Assembly: GCA_034530875.2 (NCBI GenBank)
Contig: JAVRCJ020000004.1
Location: 256,001 to 320,000 of the forward strand
Source: Nostoc sp. DedSLP01
GTDB taxonomy: Bacteria > Cyanobacteriota > Cyanobacteriia > Cyanobacteriales > Nostocaceae
Reading direction: 5' to 3'
Length of the DNA: 64,000 nucleotides
Of the stretch, positions 41,955 through 52,429 are shown in pieces (position 1 is the stretch's first letter; the number at the start of each line of letters is the position of its first letter). The notes under the pieces are model-generated. The model was given only the letters and a program-made list of their open reading frames with translations, was not told where the DNA came from and did not search any database. Both the position numbers and the translations under genes were made by a program.

Positions 41955-43871
41955 ATGCAAACACAAGACAGGGTAAAAGTCAAGCAAGTCGCCCAAGCGA
42001 TCGCGGCTAGCCAAGAGTATCTGCTTTCAATTCAAAATCCGGCAGGTTATTGGTGGGCTGAGTTGGAATCTAATGTCACCATCACCGCTGAAGTCGTACT
42101 GTTACATAAGATTTGGGGAACAGACAAAGCAAGACCTTTGCACAAAGTTGCAGCCTACCTGCGTCAAGAACAACGGGAACATGGTGGCTGGGAGCTTTTC
42201 TATGGCGATGGCGGAGAACTTAGCACCTCAGTTGAAGCTTACATGGCGCTGAGACTGCTGGGTGTACCAGCAACCGACCCGGCACTAGTTCGGGCGCGAA
42301 AATTTATTCTCGAACGCGGTGGCATCAGCAAAACTCGCATTTTTACTAAGTTGCACCTAGCTTTGATTGGCTGTTACAACTGGCGCGGCATTCCCTCGTT
42401 ACCACCTTGGATAATGCTGTTGCCCGAAGCTTTCCCGGTGAATATTTACGAGATGTCTAGTTGGGCGCGTTCCAGCACTGTACCGCTGTTGATTGTATGC
42501 GATCGCAAACCGATTTTTGCCACCGACTCAGCTATCAACCTAGATGAACTATACGTTGAAGGTGTGGATCGAGTCCAATGGCAATTACCCAAAAATAACG
42601 ACTGGACAGATTTATTCCTCACCCTCGATGATGGCTTCAAGTTGGCAGAACGCTTAAATTTAGTACCCTTCCGCGAAGAAGGCATCAAAGCCGCCGAAAA
42701 GTGGATTTTAGAACGACAAGAAGTCACAGGCGACTGGGGCGGAATTATTCCGGCGATGTTGAATTCCATGTTGGCTTTGCGCTGTCTCGATTATGACCGA
42801 AGCGACCCCATTGTAGAACGAGGGTTGCAAGCAATTGATAACTTTGCCATTGAAACAGACGACTGTTATCGAATACAGCCTTGTATTTCACCCATCTGGG
42901 ATACAGCTTGGGCGATACGCGCTTTGGTAGATTCTGGTTTTGCACCAGACCATCCGGCTGTGGTACGTGCTGGTGAATGGTTGCTGCAAAAGCAAATTTT
43001 GGATTATGGAGATTGGGCTGTTAAAAATCACCAAGGAAAACCAGGGGCTTGGGCGTTTGAATTTGACAATCGCTTTTATCCCGATGTCGATGACTCGGCT
43101 GTGGTGGTGATGGCGCTACATCAAGCAAAACTGCCCAATGAAAAACTCAAACAAGCCGCGATCGCTCGTGCCTTAAAATGGATTGCATCAATGCAGTGTA
43201 AACCAGGCGGTTGGGCTGCTTTTGATGTAGACAACGACCAAGATTGGCTCAACTCCATCCCCTATGGAGATTTAAAAGCCATGATTGACCCAAACACCGC
43301 AGATGTTACCGCCAGAGTTCTAGAAATGCTCGGTGCTTGTAATTTGTCAATTGAGCCGCACAACCTAGAACGGGCGCTGAGTTATCTTTTGAACGAACAA
43401 GAAACAGAAGGCTGTTGGTTTGGTCGTTGGGGTGTAAACTACATCTACGGTACTAGTGGCGTCCTTTCTGCTCTAGCGTTGATTGACCCTCAAAAGTATA
43501 AAGTTAATATCCAACGGGGAGCAGCTTGGCTGTTAGGATGTCAAAATCCAGATGGTGGTTGGGGCGAAACTTGCCGCAGCTATGACGATCCTAATCTCAA
43601 GGGAAAAGGAAATAGTACAGCATCTCAAACTGCTTGGGCTTTAATTGGCTTGTTGGCAGCAGGTGAAGCAACTGGGAAATTAGCCCTAGAAGCTATCGAA
43701 CGCGGAATTAACTACCTTGTGACTACTCAAAAACCTGATGGTACTTGGTTTGAAGCAGACTTTACAGGTACTGGCTTCCCTTGCCATTTTTATCTCAAGT
43801 ATCACATGTATCAACAATACTTTCCTTTAATTGCGCTAGGTCGCTATCAAGCAGCGATTACAAAAGGTTAA
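41955..43871 (+). CDS. shc: squalene-hopene cyclase
   Basis: DVDDSA catalytic motif, QW repeats (QNPDGGWGE, QKPDGTW) and GTGFP. Confidence 0.96.
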   Translation: MQTQDRVKVKQVAQAIAASQEYLLSIQNPAGYWWAELESNVTITAEVVLLHKIWGTDKARPLHKVAAYLRQEQREHGGWELFYGDGGELSTSVEAYMALRLLGVPATDPALVRARKFILERGGISKTRIFTKLHLALIGCYNWRGIPSLPPWIMLLPEAFPVNIYEMSSWARSSTVPLLIVCDRKPIFATDSAINLDELYVEGVDRVQWQLPKNNDWTDLFLTLDDGFKLAERLNLVPFREEGIKAAEKWILERQEVTGDWGGIIPAMLNSMLALRCLDYDRSDPIVERGLQAIDNFAIETDDCYRIQPCISPIWDTAWAIRALVDSGFAPDHPAVVRAGEWLLQKQILDYGDWAVKNHQGKPGAWAFEFDNRFYPDVDDSAVVVMALHQAKLPNEKLKQAAIARALKWIASMQCKPGGWAAFDVDNDQDWLNSIPYGDLKAMIDPNTADVTARVLEMLGACNLSIEPHNLERALSYLLNEQETEGCWFGRWGVNYIYGTSGVLSALALIDPQKYKVNIQRGAAWLLGCQNPDGGWGETCRSYDDPNLKGKGNSTASQTAWALIGLLAAGEATGKLALEAIERGINYLVTTQKPDGTWFEADFTGTGFPCHFYLKYHMYQQYFPLIALGRYQAAITKG

Positions 43872-44517
43872 TTGGATGCAACATACTCTTAAGGATCGCA
43901 AATAAATAATTGAGTATTGGGGATTGCGTATTAGAAAATACTTCTACTTTCCAATCCCTAATCTTTTATCTTATTTCAGCAGAAGCGATAATTACTTGAT
44001 GATTAAAACACTCTGTGTAAGAACGCCAGATTTTTTGATAATTATTAAAATGAATTTACGGTAAATTCTGTTAGTAATGTATCGAGTAAAAGATGGATGT
44101 TGTATCATATTTGCAGTAGAAAATGAGTCTGCAACCTTGGAGCGATCGCTAATATCAAATCCCTTCAAATCTCAGCCACATTGCTTTTGCGCTCAAAATT
44201 TTTATTCACCATAGTAAATTATAGTAATTTATTTATACTTTAGCGTTGACCCAAAATGTAATTTAGTCTTACAATAAGAAACAATTAAATTAATTTGCAC
44301 AGTCAAAACTTTGACTTTACTGAATATTTTTCTATTAATCTAAAAGATTGCAGTTGTAGATAGAACAATCTAAAAAAATAGAATATTAGCGTAAAAAGCA
44401 CATATTTAAACCGGCCATAAGACAGATTAAATAAGATATAATTACTTTTAATATATAGAATACCAAACAAAGGGCGTTACGACTCGAAGGTGCAACTAAC
44501 GCAAGGACATAAATAAT

Positions 44518-44552
44518 CACAGAGTAAAAATTTTAGTTTTTACTCTGTGTTT
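44518..44552. terminator. stem-loop terminator
   Basis: CACAGAGTAAAAA / TTTTTACTCTGTG perfect inverted repeat. Confidence 0.65.
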
Positions 44553-44554
44553 AA

Positions 44555-44656
44555 TATAGCAATCCTATTTGATTTGTAAAACTACTCGTAGAGGCAGAGA
44601 GTAGGGAATAGGGAATGGGGAGTAGATTTATTTGTAACTCATTTAGGATTGCTATA
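44555..44656. mobile_element. 102-bp MITE with TA-bounded ends
   Basis: Perfect 13-bp TATAGCAATCCTA / TAGGATTGCTATA ends with STRR sequence inside. Confidence 0.8.
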
Positions 44657-44661
44657 AATTG

Positions 44662-45150
44662 CTAAATTTCTGCGCCCGGTCTTGGTTCGGCACCAAATGG
44701 TGCAACATAATCACGGAAAAGAGTAATCTGTTGCTCAAAAGGTAATCCCTGAATTCTGGTAAACAGCGCTTGAGCTTCTGAGGGAAGTTGATAATCATCA
44801 GGTACAGAAATCACAGTACCATTTGCCATACCTTGAGCTAGTAGATACCAGAAAAGTAGCTTGGTGGTGTCGCCTAAAGAACCATATTCACGAGAAATTT
44901 GGGTATCAGCTTTGTTAATCAAATCGCGTTGAACTTGTAATTGCTGTTCCTTAGATAATTCCTTGACTTGATTAAACAAACCTTCAGCAATACCTGAAGA
45001 GGCGGTGCTAGCACCAGGGGCGGCTGGAGTAATTGAGTGACCTATTTCTTTATAGATAAACCAAAACAAAGCCAACTGTAGATCTACATCTAAGTTTTGC
45101 CAAGCTTCTACGTGTTGGCGAATATTTGGATCGCTAGTTTGTGTTGTCAT
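44662..45150 (-). CDS. helical carotenoid protein (OCP N-terminal-domain homolog)
   Basis: QLALFWFIY, ITPAAPGA, ISREYGSL...KLLFWYLLAQGM and FEQQIT motifs. Confidence 0.92.
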   Translation of the reverse strand: MTTQTSDPNIRQHVEAWQNLDVDLQLALFWFIYKEIGHSITPAAPGASTASSGIAEGLFNQVKELSKEQQLQVQRDLINKADTQISREYGSLGDTTKLLFWYLLAQGMANGTVISVPDDYQLPSEAQALFTRIQGLPFEQQITLFRDYVAPFGAEPRPGAEI

Positions 45151-45406
45151 TGTTAACTCCAATTGCAATTAATTCTGTGTTATTTGCAACGTTAACAAAT
45201 GTACATTTGGACTTTTACCTTACTGAAGACAGATGTATCTAAATCACAAAGAAGAAGAATTTACAAAGAAAACATAAATTGGCTAAAGTGTAGTCCTGCA
45301 TAAGAAAGATTAGAAATTAAGACTTAGATTTAGATACCTGGCTTTTTCAATAAGGACTGACAAATAAAAAAATATCCAATTAACTCTTGTGGGGTGGGCG
45401 TCTCGC

Positions 45407-45578
45407 CATTAGTGTCAAGTGGGTTAAACTCAACACCCTTGGTTGAGAATAGCCATGACTAAGCCACGCAAAAAATAAGGAAATTCAGACTTTCGACATT
45501 AGGTAACTTGCCCAGGCCCAAGAAGCCAAGAGATAGACTCACGGTTGATAAAGCTATTTAATCTTGTCACGCCAGTAG
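45407..45578 (+). mobile_element. internally deleted IS remnant, IS4-like
   Basis: CATTAGTGTCAAG...CTTGTCACGCCAGTAG ends; contains a decayed transposase-like start MTKPRKK*GNSDFRH*VTCPGP. Family assignment is from memory of Nostoc IS4 N-termini. Confidence 0.5.
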
Positions 45579-45642
45579 CCTAACGCGCCTAAATTGTTAA
45601 CTGAGTTTTTTAAGTAACAAAAAATTTACTATTGAGACTAAA

Positions 45643-48600
45643 TTAAACCACAACTCCTTCCAATTCCTCATCTGTCAACTCATACAATTGACGCAACTTA
45701 TCTAACTTCTCATTATCAGCTTGCCAGAAACCGCGCCCATGCGCTTCTAACATTCTGCCTACAATATTGCGGAAAGCTTCAGGATTTGCTTTGCGTAATT
45801 TCTCGGACATTTCTGCATCTAAAGCATAAGTATCAGCTGCTTGATCGTAAACCCAATTATCGGTAAAATCGGCAGTACCACCCCAACCAATTAACGCCGT
45901 CATCCGTTGGGAAATTTCAAATGCACCACCCGAACCTTGATTCGCCATTGCTTCGGCCCATTTGGGATTTACTAATTTGCTGCGATATTCAATTCTGAGT
46001 AAATCATCTAAATTGCGGGGTGTGGTATCTTTCGAGAAACTTTCTACAAAACTGGTTGTAACTTTCTTACCGCGTTGTTTTTCTGCTGCTTTTTTCAAAC
46101 CGCCGGTATTAGCGTAATATTCTTGAATATCGGTTAAACCATATTCTACAGAATCGATTTCTTGTACAATGCGATCGCTTGTTTTCAATAACGTATTCAA
46201 AACTTCCGGTCTAGCTTGACCTTTATCGTTTCTACCATAGCTAAAAACATTCCGACTTTGCCAAGTATTACCTAATTCTTCGCCAGATTCCCAGTTTCCA
46301 TCAACGACTTTATCATTAACCAAAGAACCAAAATCACCCGCAGGATTAGAAAACAATCTCGCCGATGCATTTTCTATACCTTGGGCTTTCAAAAGTAAAG
46401 CGTGTTTTCTAATAAAATTTTGTTCCTCTGGTTCATCAATATCAGCCGCCCGTTGAAACAAATCATCCAACAATTCGATAATATTCACAAAACTATCGCG
46501 GAAAATTCCAGATAAATTTCCCAACACATCAATGCGAGGATGTCCAACCTCTGCCAAAGGTTTTAATTCATAACGAACAATTCGCCCCGTTCCTTCTTTA
46601 ACAGGTTCAGCACCTACTAATTCCAAAAGAATCCCCAAAGATTCACCTTTAGTTTTAATTGCATCCAATCCCCATAACATCACCGCCACAGTTTCCGGAT
46701 ATTTACCATGTTCTTCCAAATGCTGGGCGATAATTTTTTGAGCAATTTCTCGTCCCCGTTCGTAAGCCCCAGGTGAAGGCATTCGATAAGGATCTAAAGC
46801 ATGAATATTTCTCCCAGTTGGTAACACGCCAACCCCATCCCGCAACAAATCACCACCAGGCGCAGGCGGAATATATTCCCCATTTAATCCTCTTAATAAA
46901 TTAGTTAACTCATCCGTAGATTGCATCAACAAATCTTTGATTAATCTTGCCTCTTCTTCTCTTTCTTCTTCACGTCTTGGCGTTGCTTCGCCAAAATAAG
47001 CTTCTAAATACGAAGCTAATTTTTCTTCATTCGGCTGTTCTCCTAATGTATGTAAACCTGAAGAAAATAAACGATTTTCTAAAACTTGTAAATATTCATA
47101 TAACTCGACTAAGTAATGTTCAAATGCATGGCTACTAAACATCCGAATATTTTCAGGAGTGAACGAAATACCCAACTTTTTCGCATCTTCAAACGGGCAA
47201 TCTGCATCTAAACCAGTATCCACAATTTTTTTACAAATAATTTCCTTCAGGGCATAATTTTTTTGCGGATCTTCTCGATATTCTGAGATTAAATCTCGCA
47301 ATGCCATTAATTCCTTATACAAACCCGCACGTCCATAAGGCGGTACGTTATGAGAAATCAATACACCATAACCGCGGCGTTTTGCCAAAATCGATTCCGA
47401 AGGATTATTCGCCGCATATATATAGAGATTAGGCAAATCTGCTAACAGAATATCCGACCAAGAATAACCAGTATTACCTAAAGGGGAACCAGGCAACCAT
47501 TCCACCGTACCATGCATTCCAAAGTGAACTATGGCATCAGCTTGAAACTCATTTTGCAACCATTTATAGTAAGCAGCATATTGGGGATGTGGCGTTAAAT
47601 CGCGTTCAAACATTAAACGCATGGGGTCGCCTTGTATTCCCAAAGGTGGTTGTACGCCTATCCACACATTGCCTGATTGTACACCACCAATTTGAAATTC
47701 ATCGCCATAGGTTTTAATACCAGTTCCCGTGAGAGATTTCCATTGTTTTTCGATGCGAGATGTTCGCAGATATCCCAGCCATTTTTCTAATGTGCGGACG
47801 TTGACGGATACGGGAATATTATTTTGGTCATTTAAAGATTCATCTGCTTCTTTCACCCAGCGAATCAATTCTTCCCCATCTTCTGGTAAATCTCCGAGTG
47901 TGTAACCTTGGTCTTTGAGTGCAGAAAGAAATTTTAAAAGACTACGTGGAACATTTAAAAGTGCAGCCGTGCCTACAGCACCGTAACCTGGAGGGAAGCC
48001 ATATAAAATAACCGCAATCTTCCGTTCCGATGCAGGTTTTTGCCGCAAAGCCACCCAGCTTTTGACTCTACCAATTAATCGCTGTACCCGTTCGGGAACC
48101 AGATAAATATTTTCGCCGACTAAACCGCCGAGGGGAACGGTATCAATTGCGCCATCAAGTTCCGGTAACGCATACAATACGACACTTTGCAAGCCACCGA
48201 CACCTTGACGCGTCCAAGAGTAAATATCTTGAATTAATAATGGTGCTGCAACAATATAAGGTACGTTCTTCGCACTAAGGATGCGCTTTGCTACTTCTAC
48301 CTGGCGTCCTGCTTCCATTGAACCAGCCGGGCCGCCCACTAAAGGAAAACCAATTGTAGAAACGATCGCATCTACTTTCACTGCTTCAGTTGAAAGTGAG
48401 GGAGTCTCAATATTACCTAATTTTCGTTGCTGAATTTCGTAGTCAGTCGTCATCCAATCTCGTACCGCCACGTGTCCTTCCACGCCGTTGATGAAAATCG
48501 GCACAGGAATTAACCCAGCTGATTCAAAACAACGAATCAGTTGCGGAATATAAGGTTGTTTAGTAATTACGTGTTTGCGGTAAAGTAAAATTCCGATAGT

Positions 48601-49323
48601 TGGGGAGTGGGGAGTGGGGAGTGGGGAGTCGGAAATTTTCCCTATTCCCTTGTTCTGATACCATTCCAAATATTCACGCGGCGATACAAAAAACCCTGAA
48701 TAATCGGGATGGAGTAAACCCATATTCGGCGTTTCTACTGGCGGGGGAATATCGCCGACTTTCAAACCTAAGTATTTTTCTGCCAGCGTCCAGAATAATG
48801 AAGCTACGTTTTCTGAACCGCCAGCATTCCAGTAACCATAGATAATTAACCAGTTGCGTAAGTCTTGGGCTTTTTGTACTGGTACGTATTTCAGGAGTTT
48901 CGGGCCAATTTTTAAGAAGCTGATGTAACCTGCGAGTTTGTCTTCTTCCCGTCCGTTGCTGAATTTGTCGAGGATGAATTTAACTGGTTTGGGCATTCCT
49001 TTGGGTTTATCGCCAATAGCAAAATCACCCAACTTGGTTAAACTCATCAATTCCAAGGCTGACTCAAACACCAAGCGAATCGGAATTTGGGCAATGCGAT
49101 CGCGCAACCACACAACTTGGTCATAATCAAATAGTAAGCTGCCGAAAAACACATCCGCGCCATTGAGTGCTGCTTCTACTTCTTGGCGTTTGCTTGTAAG
49201 ATCGCGATCGCTAAACACTCGAATATCCAACTCCGGACAGCGAGAGTTAGCCAAAAAAGCCGCTTTTCTGTACAAGTCAGCGTTGAATGATTCAAACCCA
49301 GCAATCAAGACGATGCGTTTCAT
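45643..49323 (-). CDS. bchH: magnesium chelatase subunit H, BchH-like paralog
   Basis: TIGFPLVGGPA, HFGMHGTVEWLPG, NNPSE, LPTGRNIHALDP and QEYYANTG motifs of the CobN/ChlH family; 1226 aa. Confidence 0.85.
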   Translation of the reverse strand: MKRIVLIAGFESFNADLYRKAAFLANSRCPELDIRVFSDRDLTSKRQEVEAALNGADVFFGSLLFDYDQVVWLRDRIAQIPIRLVFESALELMSLTKLGDFAIGDKPKGMPKPVKFILDKFSNGREEDKLAGYISFLKIGPKLLKYVPVQKAQDLRNWLIIYGYWNAGGSENVASLFWTLAEKYLGLKVGDIPPPVETPNMGLLHPDYSGFFVSPREYLEWYQNKGIGKISDSPLPTPHSPTIGILLYRKHVITKQPYIPQLIRCFESAGLIPVPIFINGVEGHVAVRDWMTTDYEIQQRKLGNIETPSLSTEAVKVDAIVSTIGFPLVGGPAGSMEAGRQVEVAKRILSAKNVPYIVAAPLLIQDIYSWTRQGVGGLQSVVLYALPELDGAIDTVPLGGLVGENIYLVPERVQRLIGRVKSWVALRQKPASERKIAVILYGFPPGYGAVGTAALLNVPRSLLKFLSALKDQGYTLGDLPEDGEELIRWVKEADESLNDQNNIPVSVNVRTLEKWLGYLRTSRIEKQWKSLTGTGIKTYGDEFQIGGVQSGNVWIGVQPPLGIQGDPMRLMFERDLTPHPQYAAYYKWLQNEFQADAIVHFGMHGTVEWLPGSPLGNTGYSWSDILLADLPNLYIYAANNPSESILAKRRGYGVLISHNVPPYGRAGLYKELMALRDLISEYREDPQKNYALKEIICKKIVDTGLDADCPFEDAKKLGISFTPENIRMFSSHAFEHYLVELYEYLQVLENRLFSSGLHTLGEQPNEEKLASYLEAYFGEATPRREEEREEEARLIKDLLMQSTDELTNLLRGLNGEYIPPAPGGDLLRDGVGVLPTGRNIHALDPYRMPSPGAYERGREIAQKIIAQHLEEHGKYPETVAVMLWGLDAIKTKGESLGILLELVGAEPVKEGTGRIVRYELKPLAEVGHPRIDVLGNLSGIFRDSFVNIIELLDDLFQRAADIDEPEEQNFIRKHALLLKAQGIENASARLFSNPAGDFGSLVNDKVVDGNWESGEELGNTWQSRNVFSYGRNDKGQARPEVLNTLLKTSDRIVQEIDSVEYGLTDIQEYYANTGGLKKAAEKQRGKKVTTSFVESFSKDTTPRNLDDLLRIEYRSKLVNPKWAEAMANQGSGGAFEISQRMTALIGWGGTADFTDNWVYDQAADTYALDAEMSEKLRKANPEAFRNIVGRMLEAHGRGFWQADNEKLDKLRQLYELTDEELEGVVV

Positions 49324-50055
49324 GCCCGTAAGCTACGAAATATTTCTTTACTTAAATTTTAAACGCGGTTTCAGTCTGATTGTGAAATATCTACCAATAG
49401 GTTCGATAGGTTCAAGCTAGTATAATTTTAAAGGTATAAAATTTATTGCGTATTTCTTCAGGCTATAAAGAATTATCGAAACAATCGGGTCTAAAACCTT
49501 AGCTTTTAAGACGAAAAATTTTTGGAATAGGGTATAAATCCTCTTTACAAAAACGGCCTCCTGCCCCCTGCCCCCTGCCTCCTGCCTTCGTTAAGTGTTA
49601 AGCTACTCAGGGTTAACACGAAGGTAAGGATAGAGTTTGTGAAAGATTTACAGCTTTATCAGCCGACGTTTACATTAGGCGATGCTTTTAACTTTGGCAT
49701 TGGACTAGGTAGATTTGTCATGGTTTTCTACTTATACTAAGCGTTATTATCGGAATAATGGGGATAATTGCTGCATTGCAATTTATTGCAAAAATCACTA
49801 GCTGATTCTCGATTTTGATAAATTATGACGGTTGTGTTTTTTTTGTAACAATATATCTTGTTTCGGCAAAATTGACGGCAAAAAATTTGTTGTTTAGGAT
49901 AGCACAAAAATTTATTTGTCTGTCAGTTTACTTATCGTTTCAAGAATGAAATCATTACCGAAAATTAGTTTAAAAAAAACTATTAGCAAAATTTTGTTTA
50001 TATAATTTTAAAAGTTTGCAACTAGTATAAAAATCAGTCAATTGAGGATGGAATC

Positions 50056-50997
50056 ATGAAATTCGGAATTGATAGCGGTCACAATTGCCCACCAGACACG
50101 GGAGCTAGAGGAATTAAGGTTGAAGATAATTTAACTTTAGATGTCGGCAATAGAGTTATAAGTAAGTTAAGAGCTTTAGGGCATGAAGTTGTTGTATGTA
50201 AACCAAGTAGCGCGAGTACAGTACGTGACTCGCTATCAAAAAGATGTGCTACAGCTAATGCGAGTAGAGTAGATATTTATGTGTCAATTCATTTTAATTC
50301 TTTTAACTCGCAAGCTAATGGCACAGAAGTATTTGCAACTAGCGAAGCAGGAAGAAAAATCGCTAAACCTGTATTAGATGAAATCGTCAAGTTGGGATTT
50401 TTCAATCGCGGTGTTAAGAGTGGCTCCCACTTGTTTGTTCTGAAAAATACAGATATGCCAGCGATTTTGGTAGAAGGTTGCTTTGTAGATTCGGCAAAAG
50501 ATATGAATCTTTTTAATGCCGAAGCAATGGCAAATGCGATCGTCAAAGGCTTAACTGGTAAAGTGCCAAGTAACCCAGTTCCCCCAGTACCAGACGAAGA
50601 AGAAAATGTAGATGATACTATTAAGAGGCTGCAACAAGCTCTAAATCGATTAAAAATAACTGATGCAAATGGTAAAGCATTAGTAGAAGATGGTATAAGC
50701 GGGGGTAATACAAAATCTGCCACACAAAAATTCCAGAATATTATCGGAGTGCAGCCGACTGGAATTGCTGACAAAACTACATGGAATGCCATCAATGTAA
50801 TTTTGGCAAAACGAATTATCCGACTAAACCATGCTGGTGGTGAAGTTGTCAGATACTTGCAATACCGTATGGGTCTTGAAATTGATGGCGTTTACGGGCC
50901 GCAAACCGAAGCTGCGATCGAGAATTTTCAAAGACAAAACGGTTTAGATGCTGATGGGATTGTTGGGCCTGCTAGTTGGCAGAAATTAATTGGTTAG
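50056..50997 (+). CDS. N-acetylmuramoyl-L-alanine amidase with peptidoglycan-binding domains
   Basis: IDSGH, E, SIHFNS and ILVE Amidase_3 motifs; C-terminal DGIVGP motifs. Confidence 0.92.
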   Translation: MKFGIDSGHNCPPDTGARGIKVEDNLTLDVGNRVISKLRALGHEVVVCKPSSASTVRDSLSKRCATANASRVDIYVSIHFNSFNSQANGTEVFATSEAGRKIAKPVLDEIVKLGFFNRGVKSGSHLFVLKNTDMPAILVEGCFVDSAKDMNLFNAEAMANAIVKGLTGKVPSNPVPPVPDEEENVDDTIKRLQQALNRLKITDANGKALVEDGISGGNTKSATQKFQNIIGVQPTGIADKTTWNAINVILAKRIIRLNHAGGEVVRYLQYRMGLEIDGVYGPQTEAAIENFQRQNGLDADGIVGPASWQKLIG

Positions 50998-51083
50998 ACT
51001 AAAGCTGTTTGAAGTGTAAAGTATGAAGGATGAAGGTAGCAGACAGAAGGCTATCAATGAAAAAGAATTGAAGAATTCAGAAG

Positions 51084-51119
51084 TCAGAATGGGCTACGCC
51101 CCGCTACGCTAACAGGAGT
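51084..51119 (+). repeat. small dispersed repeat inside an STRR array
   Basis: The 36 bp TCAGAATGGGCTACGCCCCGCTACGCTAACAGGAGT is identical to the reverse complement of 61890-61925. Confidence 0.9.
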
Positions 51120-51377
51120 GAGAATGCAATTCTAGGGGAATTCAGACCCGCCACTCTCTTACAAAGTTCCGATCCGAGGAAGCCTCAGCTCGGACTTTGC
51201 GCTAATTGAAGACCACCAAATTGAAAATTTGGTGGGGGTCTTAAACCCCTGCAATTCATGCACCAGTCGCACTCAAGTAAATTCTGAATTCTGACTCCTG
51301 ACTTCTGAATTCTGTTTGATAAAACTTGATGTTTTGTAGCTCATTCTTCATACTTCATACTTCAGCTTTTAGCAGAA

Positions 51378-51962
51378 TTAGCCGCGATTTCGTTCTAGCA
51401 GTATCATCATCATCAAACTTAATAAAATTTGCTGTTCTTCGCGATCGCTAACTCGATCCACAGCTTTAATGGTAAATTTTCTAGAGAGGAAAGCGGGAAT
51501 TTTTTCCAAACGCATTACAACCGTACCATCATCTCGGCTGACCAAGTAGACTGGATTAAAAACATAACCAGTAAACATACCCACAATCGGAATTTCTGCG
51601 AAGAGGGCATCAGCAATTTTCACCCATGGATTTTTCTCTTGGATGTTCAAAGTAGTCGTCTCGCCATCAAAAATGTCATAACGCGCACGCCAAAGAGATT
51701 TTAATCCGCGTCGTTTTACCGAACCAATATAAGTACCGTTGCTATCGGTAAAATCATAGCGTGCCGAAAAGTCAATAATCCGATCTGCTTTGATGTAGTA
51801 TAGGGGACGAGTTTGCTCGCGATCGGCAAAGATTGTAATTGCTTCTTTGAACTTGAAGAGTTTCTGTTTAACATAAAAAGCCAAATTCCCTTGAGCATCA
51901 GCAACAGATATTTGTGGCGCTAATGCCCAGAATTTAAAGGTGAGTTCCAAAGGATACTGCAT
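51378..51962 (-). CDS. LURP-one/scramblase-like (Tubby C-terminal-like) protein
   Basis: YVKQKLFKFKEAI, IKADRIIDFSARY and GSVKRRG...SLWRA motifs. Confidence 0.7.
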   Translation of the reverse strand: MQYPLELTFKFWALAPQISVADAQGNLAFYVKQKLFKFKEAITIFADREQTRPLYYIKADRIIDFSARYDFTDSNGTYIGSVKRRGLKSLWRARYDIFDGETTTLNIQEKNPWVKIADALFAEIPIVGMFTGYVFNPVYLVSRDDGTVVMRLEKIPAFLSRKFTIKAVDRVSDREEQQILLSLMMMILLERNRG

Positions 51963-52154
51963 ATTTTTGGGCAAAACTAGGAAATTGCCATCCTATTAAT
52001 CCCAATTCTAGAGAAAAAGTAACATTAAGCTTGGCGAGTAAAACTAGGGTGTGGGGTGTGGGGTGTAGGGTGTAGGGAAAATTCTTCTTCACTACTTCCT
52101 AAACTGAAGCGCGTCCACACATAAACATTGTGAATTGCAAATTGGTATTAAATA

Positions 52155-52297
52155 ACCAGGGCGTAGGAAGCAACCTATGGTGCTGACAGAAATTTGTTCA
52201 ACTTTACAAGTTTTGCGCTTGAAAGTATCAAGCGGACTCGATCGTAGGCAATTTCCTATCGCTCTGGTGCTGTTTTGGCGGTGAAGTTTCGCCAAAA
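52155..52297 (+). ncRNA. candidate structured non-coding RNA
   Basis: Long closing stem between 52155-52181 and 52241-52268 in which three differences are G.U-compatible only on the plus strand; two internal hairpins and a 3' hairpin TTTTGGCG/CGCCAAAA. Confidence 0.4.
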
Positions 52298-52377
52298 GTA
52301 TAAAAAGTAAAGGGCTTTCCAAGCCTATAACACTTTTTTCAAATTTATTGTATAATGGCACACATTTTTACCAATAG

Positions 52378-52402
52378 AAAAACCTCCCTAAGTGGGAGGC
52401 TC
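52378..52402 (-). terminator. intrinsic terminator of the 1036-aa gene
   Basis: The minus strand reads GCCTCCC-ACTTA-GGGAGGT followed by a T-run. Confidence 0.75.
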
Positions 52403-52429
52403 AAAATTTAGCGGAGACAACTTGTAAAC

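Noticed and set aside
44257..44273. NtcA-like palindrome TGTAATTTAGTCTTACA
   Set aside because: The spacing is GTA-N9-TAC rather than N8, and no gene is suitably placed.
28966..49323. Functional link between the GUN4-domain protein and Mg-chelatase H
   Set aside because: They are about 15 kb apart in unrelated clusters, and GUN4-domain fusion proteins are common in Nostocales.
49486..49557. Possible IS200/IS605-derived end sequence (cgggtctaaaacc...)
   Set aside because: It is too degenerate to support as a feature, and no tnpA or tnpB is nearby.
52273..52325. Fluoride-riboswitch-like GGCGGTGAAGTTTCGCC hairpin
   Set aside because: The 3' TAATGAC...CTAC element is not conserved and no gene lies downstream on that strand.
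52092..52361. 89-aa ORF, and a retron msr/msd reading of the structured region
   Set aside because: The ORF has no recognisable features, and there is no reverse transcriptase in the window.
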